A DNA stretch of 64,000 nt, from NCBI GenBank assembly GCA_951406725.2, contig OX597835.1, positions 9,672,001-9,736,000 on the forward strand, in the 5' to 3' direction. The first letter of the stretch is position 1. Each line of letters starts with the position of its first letter. Origin of the DNA: Octopus vulgaris. Lineage: Eukaryota. Shown one piece after another: positions 12,801 to 25,563 of the stretch. The notes under the pieces were generated by a model. That model searched no databases. It was not told the DNA's origin and saw only the letters and a list, made by a program, of their open reading frames with translations. The translations under genes were made by a program, and so were the position numbers.

Positions 12801-13969
12801 TATCTTTTGAACATATTTCACTAATTCCTGACGAGATTATATAATATTTCTAAATGTAATTCTTTGAATATAATTACAAAAACATGATGCTTTTAAGAGA
12901 GGTCCGTGTCAGTTTTATTCAATAAAGCGAAAATTTAAGGTACATAGCACATCTTTAAAGAAGGTGGAAATTCTCATATTTCAGGCAATGCTGAAGCTCT
13001 GCTAGACAATATTATTTCTCGCGGCACACTTACATCTATTATATGATACAACCAGAAAAACTCTGAGTCGCTCTTCAAACAATTCTATCCCCGAGAAATA
13101 ATTGGGAGAAAAGTTACTTTCATTTCTAAGCAAAGAACACCAATTTATTTGTGGTTATACCAATCAAAGAAATAGATTTAGAAGATTACTGCATATTTTA
13201 CATATAGTAGAGATTCAATATTTCTGTTTATTCATTACACATTAGTCGGAACCCCAAATAAACTGCGAGTAACAGAAGAACCTTCCGCATGAATGAATGC
13301 TTTGATTAGACGAAAGAGGGAGAAACTGTCGAGGTTAAAGTGCCTGTATGCCTGGTCACTCTGAGCGTGTGTGTGTTTGTGTGTGTATACATATGTAAGT
13401 ATGCGAAAGTGATTTTAAAAAATATTCTAGCCACCAGTTATTTTTTCCGGCACGTGAATGATAAGAAGAAATTTAGGAATTTAGATACCATTATCAGGCA
13501 CCTAAAAGCCAACTGCATACCTCACATCCTCACATAGAACATTGTGGAGATATCCATTCCATGCGTTAATGGGTCCAATGCGACGTAAGCTTTGTTTAGA
13601 TCTAAGAACTCTGCTAATCTACTAAATTCCAGATCTAAATTATCTATCAAATGGACAAAGTTCTTATATGGAACTAGAAAGGACCACCCTCTTCGGATTA
13701 ACCACGCAGTGTCACAAACTTTGTCTATCTCCTTATTGAATTAAGTTAATCACCCAGTTTCATCCTGATTTAAACGGGCCAAAGAGACGCACTTCTTAAT
13801 TTTCTTTCTTCTTCTTCTTCTTTTGAATTCGGTTCCTTCTCGTTGTATACCTTCAGTCTGAAAGATTTCTTGGAAGCATATCGTACGCTATATAAGTTTG
13901 CCCGACAATTGTGCTTTCACAGCATGAAACTAATAATAACTCGAAATTAAATCATGTGTACCTTAAATG

Positions 13970-14000
<31 letters not shown>

Positions 14001-14306
14001 TGTATGTATGTATGTATGTATGTATGTATGTATGTATGTATGTGTGTATGTATGTATGAATGTATGTATGTATGTATGTATGTATGTACGTACGTATGTA
14101 TGTATGTATGTATGTATGTATGTATGTATGTATGTATGTATGTATGTATGTGTGTATGTGTGTATGTATGTATGTATGCATGTATGTATGTGTGTATGTA
14201 TGTATGTATGTATGTACGTACGTATGTATGTACGTATGTGTGTATGTATGTATGTATGTATGTATGTATGTGTGTGTGTATGTACGTACGTATGTATGTA
14301 CGTACG

Positions 14307-14340
<34 letters not shown>

Positions 14341-14560
14341 TGTATGCATGTATGTATGTACGTACGTACGTACGTATGTATGTATGTACGTACGTACGTA
14401 TGTATGTATGCATGTATGTATGTACGTACGTACGTACGTATGTATGTATGTACGTACGTACGTATGTATGTATGTATGTATGTATGTACGTACGTACGTA
14501 TGTATGTATGTGTGTGTGTATGTATGTACGTATGTATGTATGTATGTATGTATGCATGTA
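13970..14560 (+). repeat. (TATG)n/(TACG)n microsatellite
   Basis: Direct reading. Explains the YIHT/MYVC ORFs. Confidence 0.97.
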
Positions 14561-14726
14561 TCAGTTGCGTACTGGGGTCAATGTAATCGACTAGTCCCCT
14601 CTCCAAAAAATTTCGGGCCTTGTGCCTAGAGAAGAAAAGAATAGGTATTTCGTATGTCTTTACGTTCTGAGTTCAAATTCCGCCGAGGTCGGCTTTGCCT
14701 TTCAGCCTTTCGGGGTTGATAAATTA
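14561..14726 (+). mobile_element. SINE family D tandem fragments (3' part followed by internal part)
   Basis: ACTGGGGTCAATGTAATCGAC followed by GTTCAAATTCCGCCGAGGTCGGCTTTGCCTTTCAGCCTTTCGGGGTTGATAAAT. Confidence 0.8.
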
Positions 14727-15481
14727 TGTGTGCATATTTGTAAGTTTGTATGAATGTATGCATATGTATGTATATATATGCATGTTTGTGTATGTAAGCG
14801 TGTATGAATGCATCAAATGAAAATGAACACAATATATATAAATATAATTCTATGCAAAACAAAAACGTAAAGCCTTTCATGTGTCACAAGTTCTTGTAAC
14901 TAACTCACTGCCAACGCTCTTCATCTGGAGATGAGAAATTTTAATCTGAATCCTTGCCAACGCGAATTTTATATGAGTGATTATATTCAGCTGAAGTCTC
15001 AACATTCCTTATTTCATTCAAATGTGTTTTTCACTGAGAATATATCTATTATATGTGATAAATGTTATAATAGAGAGTTTTAAAATCTGCAGTGGCACTG
15101 AAAAAGATTATACTCACATAAAATAGGATTTTCACTTCGTATAGTTATTCATTTTAGTTGGTAATTACGAGATCTTTCCAACATCTCTAACCTTGAAACG
15201 GCGGCGAAGTGCTTTTCTTTCCCTCCGCTTCCAGAACAGGAATTAACGTTGGGAATGTTTATATGCAGCAGCGATTACGAATGCTTCTAAATCAATACCA
15301 GGTTGAAAAGGCTGAGCCCATTGTCAATAGGTTTTCCCATAAGGATGTTTTAGACGCAGTTTATTCTAGGGAGGCTTCACTTGCAAGAGTTAAACAGGCA
15401 GCCATTATCACAACGAAATGAATAAAACAATTGATAAAAAAATACTTACTCCCTCATTCTTTGCCACTTTATTCCACTCTC

Positions 15482-15519
<38 letters not shown>

Positions 15520-15600
15520 CCTTTCTATATTTCTGCCTCTATCTCCCTGTTTCCTAATCATCTCTTTTCTATCCCATTCATTCCTTCTTTACAACGTTTC

Positions 15601-15636
<36 letters not shown>

Positions 15637-15677
15637 CATACATACATACATATGTGTGTGTTTATTTGTGCATGTGT

Positions 15678-15710
<33 letters not shown>

Positions 15711-15790
15711 CAAAGTGAAGTTGTAAGGTACCACTCGAGTGGAATTATATATGAAAGGTTTGAAAATGCAATTTTAAAATATCTTTATTC

Positions 15791-15833
15791 ACTTGACTGG
15801 TTTCGCTTTTTTAGAAAAAAGATTGTCAAAAGT
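15791..15833 (-). ncRNA. Candidate minimal type-I hammerhead ribozyme, U3-A8 core variant
   Basis: ACUU UUGACAA U CUUUUU-UCUA-AAAAAG C GAAAC CA GUC AAGU. Helix I ACUU/AAGU, followed by AAUAAA. Confidence 0.62.
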
Positions 15834-16425
15834 AACATGTAAAAGCTTTGTTGTGTCAAGTACTGGTTGTCACGAAATATTACAATACATATGTACATTC
15901 TTTGATAATAATAAGAACATTTTAAAAACAGTTTGCAAGGAAATGTCTTGGGAAAATATTAAAAAGTTCATTAAAATATTAGGCACAAAAAATTGCACTA
16001 CATATATACATTCTTTGATAATAATAAGAAAATGTTAAAAACAGTTTACAGAAAAAAATTGAGAAATTATTAAAAAGTTCATAAAAAATATTAGGATTTC
16101 ATAAAAAATCATGTTTGTTTGGAAGTATCTATATACATATCTTCAAAAAGGTCATATTTTGGTAGTATATATATATATACTACCAAAATATGACCTTTTT
16201 GAAGATATAATTTTCTGTGTATATATATAGATGCTTCCAAACAAACATGATTTTTCATGAGATTCTAATATTTTTTATGAACTTTTTAATGATTTCTCAA
16301 GATTTTTTCTGTAAACTGTTTTTATCATTTTCTATTTATTATCAAATAATATATATATGTAGTGTAATTTTTTTGTGACAACAAGTATTTAACACAGCAA
16401 AGTTTTTACAAAGCTTTTACATTTT

Positions 16426-16468
16426 ACTTTTGACAATCTTTTTTCTAAAATAATGAAACCGGTCAAGT
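16426..16468 (+). ncRNA. Candidate minimal type-I hammerhead ribozyme, U3-A8 core variant (mirror copy)
   Basis: ACUU UUGACAA UCUUUUUUCUAAAAUAAU GAAAC CG GUC AAGU. Palindromic helix III ACCGGU, weakened helix II. Confidence 0.58.
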
Positions 16469-16508
16469 GAATAAGCATCTTTAAAATTGCATTTTCAAAC
16501 CTTCTTAC

Positions 16509-16562
<54 letters not shown>

Positions 16563-17204
16563 GTATATGCGAGTTGTATGTGTATGTGTGTGCGTGTTAA
16601 TGTCTCTAAATATTACTTGCCTGTTTATATGGTATAATTATATTTCTTTCTATTGATGTTTGTGGAAAGAAACTAAGACCAGCTTTTAGTGTTATCGTAT
16701 CATCATCCAATATTGATCAGCAGGGAATCCATCTGGAGATTATATTTAATATTGAGAACGAGAAGAAGGGATTATTGATATATATATACTTATTACATTG
16801 AATGATAAAGGATAAGTAAGAAGGATTATGCCTTTTCTATTATCTTATTTGATAAAAGTTATATGCAATGCCAGGCTTACCTCGGTATTCTTAAGGTGTC
16901 TACAATATTGTCTTTTGAAGCAAATATTGGGAATTCCATTGGTATGTGACACCAGTTTTATATGAATATGGGATTTGCTCCCGTGTTTCTAATGCTTGAA
17001 TTTGTTCCGTTTATTGTGTGTAACGTATGTAGTGTGAGATGTGTTATGTCTGTCTGTCTTTTGTAGATCCCATGTGATTTTCTGTATCGTTGTTTACAGT
17101 CGGACGGCGAGTGTAGAGCGTATGTTCGTTTAAGAGTGACGATTTCGTAGTTTGTGTGTTATTGTTGTTACTATCTTAAATATTGAAGTATCAGCATGTG
17201 TTAC

Positions 17205-17540
17205 TCTAGGCACAAGGCCCTAAATTTGGGTGGTGGGGACTAGTCTACTATATTTACTCTAGTAAACAACTGGTACTTAATTTATCGAACCCGAAAGGCT
17301 GAAAGGCAAAGCTGACCTCGGCGGAATTTGAACTCAGAACATAAAGAGAGACGACATTTTTTAGAGAGGGGACTAGTCGATTACATTCACCCCAGTACGC
17401 AACTGATACTTAATTTATGGACCCCTAAAGGCTGAAAGACAAAATCGACCGCGGCGGAATTTGAACTCAGAACGTAAAGACAGACGAAATACTGCTAAAC
17501 ATTTCGCTCGGCGTGCTAACATTTCTGCCAGCTCGCCTCA
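17205..17540 (-). mobile_element. SINE family D with duplicated 3' module (dimer-like)
   Basis: Two successive GGCTGAAAG(G/A)CAAA...CGGCGGAATTTGAACTCAGAAC blocks. Head GCCAGCTCGCC near 17530. Confidence 0.85.
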
Positions 17541-17814
17541 TTATATGCTGTGTATATTGTCCAGTTATAACTACTATGAGTTAATGCTATGTGGCTTGAC
17601 CTTTTTCGTGGTGAGTGTTTGTATTCAGTGAGTCAATTGTTTTAGTTGAATCATTGAACTGGAATTCTTTCACATAAGCTATGAACAACGTCCAGCTGAG
17701 TTATATTTTGCTCTTTGCAAAATTGTAACTCCTGCTATTATATATATATATAAAAAAAAGCATTTGGTCATGTAAATTTGTATCAAACTTAGACGTCTGT
17801 TACTGTTACTGATT

Positions 17815-18045
17815 AAAGGGCAGCGAGTTAAGAGAATCGTTAGCACGGCGGGAAAAATACTTAGCGGCATTTCGTCGGTCTTTATGTTCTGAGTTCAAAT
17901 CACCGCCCCACAGGGTTGAATTTGCCTTTCATCCTTTTGCAGATCGATGAAACAAGTACCAATTAATCATCACTACGGTCGATATAATCGACCCTATCCC
18001 TCAACCCGAAATTGCTGGCCTGTGCCAAACATTGGAAACGATTAT
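17815..18045 (+). mobile_element. SINE family D, diverged
   Basis: GGCAGCGAGT...AGAATCGTTAGCACG...TTTGCCTTTCATCCTTT. Confidence 0.8.
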
Positions 18046-18379
18046 TGTAAGTGGTTTTTATTCTTTGCTTCCAGTCCCCAGCCACGCTTTCTTGAATTGC
18101 AAGCCTTTCTTTAATATCATCTCCACCTCCTTCGGTTCGACCTCTTGGAAAGAAAAGGGTCAATTACAGACATTTCCGTTCTAGTTCCCCATATTTATAC
18201 CTAAACACTTTTACCTCATGTCCACAGTAGTCTCCACTGTCTTGTCCTAGATTACGGTGTCTAGGCCAAAGTCATACATTGCCAGATTGAAGCAATTCTT
18301 ATCCGATTTTATGTCAGAATCTTTGGCCACCGGCCATAGCGGCCAATTCAATAAAATCTGATAATTTACTCCATTGTTG

Positions 18380-18413
<34 letters not shown>

Positions 18414-18624
18414 AAACATTGATGATGTTGCTGTTGTTGTAATTAAGTGCAATTACTGGAAATTCTGGAAGCAATAACTCATAGAATATATTAGTTCAGA
18501 TGCTTTCTGTCTATCGCCATATTGCAAACGTGCTTTTGGAAATCAAAAAACAAAAAAAAATATATAAGATAGATTGTACATAGATTTATATCGAAAAGGG
18601 CACATCAATTATATGTAACTCACA

Positions 18625-19010
18625 ACATACATATGCACACACACACACATATACATACATACATACGTACATACACACATACATACATACACACATACAT
18701 ACATACATACATACATATATACATACATACACATACACATACATACATATATACATACATATATACATACATACATACACACATACACACATACATACAT
18801 ACATACATACATACATACATACATACATACATACATACATACACATACATACATACATACACACACACATACATACATACATACATACATACATACATAC
18901 ATACATACATACATGCATGCATACATACATACATACATACATACATACATACATGCATACATACATACATGCATACATACATACATACATACTCACACAT
19001 ACATACATAT
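18625..19010 (+). repeat. (CATA)n microsatellite
   Basis: Direct reading. Confidence 0.97.
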
Positions 19011-19158
19011 GAGTTTCTGTGTGTGTGTACGATGCCCTTCAACACCCACGACACCAACGTGAATCGACATGTCTGTAAAAGAACACATACAGCCATCTCT
19101 TCTTACCAGCAAGCACACATACACATACAGATACATATATGTGTGTGTGTGTGTGTGT

Positions 19159-19252
<94 letters not shown>

Positions 19253-19260
19253 ATATATAT

Positions 19261-19495
19261 AAAGGCGGCGAACTGGCAGAAACGTTAGCACGCCGGGCGA
19301 AATGCTTTAGCGGTATTTCGTCTGCCGTTACGTTCTGCGTTCAAATTCCGCCGAGGTCGACTTTGCCCTTCATCCTTTCGGGGTCGATAAATTAAGTGCC
19401 AGTTACGCACTGGGGTCGATGTAATCGACTTAATCCGTTTGTCTGTCCTTGTTTGTCCCCTCTGTGTTTAGCCCCTTGTGGGTAGTAAAGAAATA
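19261..19495 (+). mobile_element. SINE family D (Nin-domain-like), full length, in (TA)n
   Basis: GGCGGCGAACTGGCAGAAACGTTAGC...GTTCAAATTCC...GCCCTTCATCCTTTCGGGGTCGATAAATTAAGTGCCAG. 3' part nearly identical to 63250-63407. Confidence 0.9.
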
Positions 19496-19994
19496 TATAT
19501 ATATATATATATAGTTTTGATTTATCCCGCTCATTGAGGTTAGTGGTTTGTTTTAAGGTTCCTCTACGCCAAGCTGCGAATGTAATCCATGATGCGAATG
19601 AATGAAAGAAGTTTTTAGTGATTACGGTAAGGTTTACAGCATGGTGGGATATCTGAAAAAAACAAGTAGATTCCTTAACCAAAACAGTCCAGATGTGTGG
19701 TAGGGACATTGGTATGGAATTTGGGATTACCCAACGCTCAGTACTTAATATGAAAAGAGGGAAGAAAACATTCGGCATAAGAGACCGATAGAATAAGTAC
19801 TAGGCTTCCAAAGAATAAGTCCTGATGGCGATGTGCTCGACTAGAGGCGGTGCTCCATCTTTCAGTCATACTGTAACATCTCTTATCCTTCACTCACCCC
19901 ATGATGCTGGGTGTGTCTTGGCAAGTGATTGTAACAAACATGCAAATTAAAAGTAAGTAATAGTAATAATAGTAATAATAATAATAATACTAAT

Positions 19995-20362
19995 AAAGAC
20001 CTGCTCATTGAAATTGAGAAAATGTGGCATCTCAAGGCGGTTACAATACCAGTGATCGTAGGAGCACTAGGAATGATCAAGAAGGGAACCGAAAATTATA
20101 TGAGAATGATCCCTGGCTTACCATCCCTGCAAGAAGTGCAAAAGATTGTCTTAACTGGTACATCACACGTATTGAGAAGAGCATCGTCGATGTGAGAACT
20201 ATTACTACCCATGTATTTTAATTTAACTTAAAAAAAAAAACAATGAACGAACTATTGAGTTTAGTTTAATGGCCTACCAATGAATACTATGAGTTTCTTT
20301 GCCCTAGGAGTCGGGAAGACACTCGGCAAGAAATGGAAGCAAATTTGAAAGAAGAAAAAAAA
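19995..20362 (+). mobile_element. 5'-truncated R4/Dong-like retrotransposon (second family) in a (TAA)n array
   Basis: KDLLIEIEKMWHLKAVTIPVIVGALGMIKKGTENYMRMIPGLPSLQEVQKIVLTGTSHVLRRASSM*. TAA repeats on both sides. 3' UTR differs from the 1215 copy. Confidence 0.88.
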
Positions 20363-20370
20363 ATAATAAT

Positions 20371-20408
<38 letters not shown>

Positions 20409-20667
20409 CAACAACACCAGCAATTGATACAACAGTATGTATGCATCTATCTATTTATGTATTTGTGTGAATACGCTAGTATATTGTACTGATGTTGGGA
20501 TTTAGATTGAAGTATTATAAGAAGCCATAATAAAGAGCAACCTCTGATTTCACTTCGGAAAAAGACACCTAAATTCAGAATCAAATATATATTTCCTCAG
20601 AAAAGTTAATTACTTATAAATCTAGGGTTTGTTGGATCCTAGATCGCAGATATGTATGCATGTATAC

Positions 20668-20742
<75 letters not shown>

Positions 20743-20840
20743 TATATATATATATATACACATATATGCATGTATATGTACATATATACATATATGTATA
20801 TATAAAGATTTCTACACGTATACATATACATACATACATG

Positions 20841-20894
<54 letters not shown>

Positions 20895-21074
20895 TTATTT
20901 ATGAATGTATATGTATATATGTACATAAATATAAGTGTATGCGTGTAAGGATGAACAGATAAATAAATAATTTTTTGTGTTTATGTGTATATATATATAT
21001 ATGACAGACATATAGATTGATAGATAGAGTGATAGATAGATACATACATACATACTTACATACAAAGATATTAT

Positions 21075-21132
<58 letters not shown>

Positions 21133-21134
<2 letters not shown>

Positions 21135-21310
21135 GTTGGAATTTACAAAAAAAAAGACGAAGACGGGTGTGCAAACAACAAACAGATGTATTAGTTTAAC
21201 GCTCGGGAAGTGGGAGTCTTTTACGTTTCGAACCTACGCTCTTCAACAGAAAGGAACACAGAAATAAGCAGATAGAGAAAATAAAATAAAATGATTAGTG
21301 GCTAGCGATC
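21133..21310 (-). mobile_element. Short (TA)n-anchored element family H with hammerhead-like motif (copy 1)
   Basis: Homologous to 28115-28330 and 49759-49950. Confidence 0.82.
21218..21253 (-). ncRNA. Candidate minimal hammerhead, CUGUNGA core (copy 1)
   Basis: CUUU CUGUUGA A GAGC-GUAG-GUUC GAAAC GUA AAAG. Confidence 0.62.
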
Positions 21311-21739
21311 AATCACAGACACACATATTTAAACACGTATTTTGGAATTATCTACAGACAAACGCTCTGTTGATAAGAATTATCATGTTCTGTTCATTAC
21401 GTATGGGATTTAAATCTCTCGGAGCTCAGGTTAATCTTGCAGAAAGCATCACTCAAAAACTATATTTTGAAAGTGTTTATATTGCCATATTATACCAGGA
21501 TGAATTTTAGTAAGACAATTCATCGCTGAAGAGGTCTAATGCAAACGAAACGTATCGACTGTCTTCATGATACTGAACAATGATCGGAATCGCTTCCCAC
21601 AGCATGCTTTCATTCGAAGTGTACCAATTTGGTTTCTCTACCCCTGAATTTATGACGTGAATTTACTAACTACTCTAATGAATTTTCTTTTCATTACCAT
21701 TTCAATACAAAAAATTCCGTTGATGGTGGTGGGAGGTTG

Positions 21740-21872
21740 CGGCGGTGGTGGTGGTGGTGGTGGTGGTGCTGGTGGTGGTGGTGGTGGTGGTGGTGTTGGT
21801 GGTGGTGGTGGTGGTGGTGGTGGTGGTGGTGGTGGTGGTGGTGGTGGTGGTGGTGGTGGTGGTGGTGGTGGT
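21740..21872 (+). repeat. (GGT)n microsatellite
   Basis: Direct reading. Source of the poly-Gly and poly-His ORFs. Confidence 0.97.
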
Positions 21873-22004
21873 TAGTATTCATATGTTAGTCAGCGGGAGG
21901 CATTAGTTCTTATTTGTTCGATTCGAAAAGCCAAATTGATTGTCGCATATATACGTGTGTGTGTGTGTATGTATCAGTGTATGTATATATATATATATAT
22001 ATAC

Positions 22005-22037
<33 letters not shown>

Positions 22038-22424
22038 TGTATGTATGTATGTATAAATATGTATATATATATATATTTATACATATATATGTACAACTAT
22101 ATATATATTTATACATATATATATATATATGTGTGTGTGTGTATGTGTGTGTGTGCGTGTGTGTGTGTATAAATATATGTATATATATATATATGCATGC
22201 CTCCGAGAGGAACTTCCTAGATACAATCCTATGGTCATTCGTAACCGACGGGGTCCTATATCTATATTTATGTGTATGTGTGTGTGTGTGTGTATGTATG
22301 TGTGTGTGAATAGACATAGATAAGTAGAATGATAGATGAATAGATAGACAGATAGATAGATATGTATGTTTATGTGTATATATATTTATATATACGTGTA
22401 TATATCTGTGATCATACATATGTT

Positions 22425-22470
<46 letters not shown>

Positions 22471-23104
22471 AGAGAAAGTTATGAAACCAACAAGATGTTA
22501 GTTTGAGCAATGTTATTTAATAAAAGAAAAATTAATTCTTTTCAGGTCTCACGTGTATAACGGAGTCACTTTGAAAACCTTGACCAACTTAACTATCCTT
22601 GTAATTAGTTTTTGACAACTCCCTTTAGGCGTGTTTAAAATCTAAAAATGGCATGTAATAACGTTATCTGTGACGAGATCCTGAAAGCGGACAACCAGGC
22701 AGACGAAAAAACAAATGGTTTGATGAATATTTTGACAAACAGAGCGACAAATAGATTGCTATAGAGACATATATTGCCGGAGGTGAAACAAAATAATGGC
22801 AAATTTTGAGAGATAAAATTGAAGATGGGAAGATAAATATTGTGAAAACTTGAATGATAATGCTTATGAGCAGCCTGGTTACAGACTTCAGGAAAAAGAA
22901 TACACAGAGATAGCGAGATAAAGAAAGGAAGGCGAATAGAGAGAAAGTAAATTTAGACGAGTGAGTGAAGGAGGTGGGGGGAAACTAGGTGACAAAATGA
23001 ATGAGCAGACGATTGACTAATATGGTGAAAGATAAATAACATGAAACGAAAATTGTAAACATGCTGGGAAGCAAATTTTCAAACCTAAAATACAAAGTCA
23101 CAAA

Positions 23105-23511
<407 letters not shown>

Positions 23512-24859
23512 GCCTTCAAAAATTGTTAATGATTTTTGGAAAGTTTGTGGTGAAAATGATATATGGAAAAGGTGGAAGAGGGAAGAACGAAAAACGAGAA
23601 GTGAAAGAAAAAGGAAAATATAATAGTGTAAAGTAAAGAATAATTATCAGAAATGAATTAGGCGGGAAAATATAAAAAGCAAAAACATGAATGAAAACAA
23701 TACCTCTGCCTTCGCTAAGGCGGAGGTAATAAATAAAAACTGTAAAATAAAAAAACCAGAAAAAGGAGACAAGAAAAGAAGTAGTGATTTATGAAGAGTT
23801 ATAATCATCGTGATGAAAGGCGCTGTCAGAAAATGAGAAGAAGTAAGGAAGAATTTTGGATGTTCGGAGAGATTAAATAGTGGAAAGTATATGAAAATAC
23901 TCGATAAGAATGGCAGTGGAATCACGGTTCTTTGCTATTTGCTCCACTGAGCACGTCATGGTTTTTTTGGAAGTTCTATTATATTTATTGATGATAATTA
24001 ACATTTTAATTAATATTTTGTTAATTTTGGCTGAAGAGAGATTTGAGATTTTTCAGCAAATCTAAGCCGGATGATTAATTTCTTTTATCTAATGATGTCT
24101 TCATTATATGCTTTGAGTCTTTCCGGTGAAAGCGAGTAGTAAGAAGTAGCTTTTAAATAAAGATGAAACGGCATTAATCATTCCAAGAAAGATGTATGAG
24201 CAAAAAATAATTCGTCTGAGATGTCTAACGTTGGGAGTTAAAAAACAAAATTTTTTTTAAAAAACACTCCATTTGCAATTTTAATGCGAAAATAACTTGA
24301 AGGAGATAACCTGAAGTGAAACAATTCCGTTAGAGAGTAATACTGAAGAAGAAGTGATAGAGAAGAAACAAGAACATCATATCACTTGATAGAAAAAGGA
24401 AATGAATCGTCGAATTTTGTGATTGAGACTGATCATTTCTGACGCCACATCAGTCATCTAGTAACATGAGAACCTTCGCATAATACTGCATTTGTCATTC
24501 AATTTGTTATTACTTCGATTATATGTCATGGATTGTGTTTACATGTTGGGTGGAATCACCATCGATAAATTTATTGGAGATCATAGATGGAATCAGGCAC
24601 ATAGATGGAAGCATTTATAAATGGACATATTCAAATGTCAAAGTCATCAAATTATTTCATCAGCTGCAGATGGATGAAACAAGCCAAATCAACGCCGGAT
24701 TACACTTCATTTCAGAAAGTAAAGGAAGGTGTATGAATGAGAAAAGGCATAATACCTGGTAGAATACCTGTTGTGTTAAGTTAATAGTTCTACAGATAAA
24801 GAATATATATTTATTATAAAACAGTTTCAGGAAACTGTAGTAGCAACAACAGTGTTATA

Positions 24860-25563
24860 TGTTCGTTCCTTCTCGAGCCACGCTTGGCTCATAGGGGCCG
24901 GTTTCCCGGTTTCCTTGGCGTATAAGGTTCCCCACCTGGACGGGACGCCGGTCCGTCGCAGGTGAGTTGCAAGATGCAGGAGGAAAGAGTGAGAGGAAGT
25001 TGTGGCGAAGGAGTCAGCAGAAGTTCGCCATTAACTTCTGCCGGAGTCGCGTGGAGCTTAGGTCTTTCGCTCATAAACACACATATCGCCCGGTCTGAGA
25101 TTCGAACCAGCAATCCCTCGACCGCGAATCCGCTGCTCTAACCACTGGGATGGAAGCACTCCGTCGGTTACGACGATGAGGGTTCCGGTTGATCCGATCA
25201 ACGGAACAGCCTGCTCGTGAAATTAACGTGTAAGTAGCTGAGCACTCCACAGACACGTGCACCCTTAACGTAGTTCTCGGGGATATTCAGCGTGACACAG
25301 AGAGTGACAAGACCGGCCCTTTGAAATACAGATAAAACAGAAACAGGAAGAAAGAGTGAGAGAAAGTTGTGGTGAAAGAGTACAGCAGGGATCACCACCA
25401 TCCCCTGCCGGAGTCTCGTGGAGCTTTAGGTGTTTTTGCTCAATAAACACTCACAACGCCCGGTCTGGGAATCGAAACCGCGATCCTACGACCGCGAGTC
25501 CGCTGCCCTAACCACTGGGCTATTGCGCCTCCACGCTCAAACCACTAGGCCATGTGCTTCCAC
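24860..25563 (-). mobile_element. SINE family C interrupted in its tRNA-like head by a family B SINE
   Basis: Body 24860-25146, remaining head 25535-25563 (ACCACTAGGCCATGTGCTTCCAC). Confidence 0.9.
25151..25534 (-). mobile_element. SINE family B nested in SINE C, 12 bp TSD with one mismatch
   Basis: GCTCTAACCACT (25135-25146) and GCTCAAACCACT (25535-25546). Confidence 0.95.

Larger units (their letters stand above)
15755..16505. repeat. ~750 bp fold-back element between (TA)n arrays, with a perfect 72 bp central palindrome
   Basis: Arms 15755-16135 and 16220-16505 are diverged reverse complements. 16137-16208 is a perfect palindrome centred on (TA)7. The left arm has an internal ~110 bp duplication. 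Confidence 0.92.

Noticed and set aside
12828-12870. CTGACGA followed by an AT-rich hairpin; similar CTGANGA hits at 1033, 24031, 24343, 29476 and 52068
   Set aside because: No correctly placed GAAA-helix III-NUH or helix I, so not called as hammerheads.
13947-14629. ORFs over 200 aa (YIHT/MYVC repeats), and similar ones at 18586-19262, 32212-32850, 37145-37717, 55980-56476, 60347-60891 and 62113-63187
   Set aside because: They are translations of stop-free microsatellites, with no coding signal.
17963-18370. LFFPRGRTEGGG resembling the Dong LYLPRxEGGRG motif
   Set aside because: A single weak motif with no flanking support in other frames.
21657-21882. Poly-Gly / poly-His protein
   Set aside because: Pure (GGT)n microsatellite.
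22546-22650. Possible exon after TTCTTTTCAG with an LRR-like reading (TLKTLTNLTILVIS)
   Set aside because: The frames examined close within a short distance, there is no convincing donor, and no second repeat.
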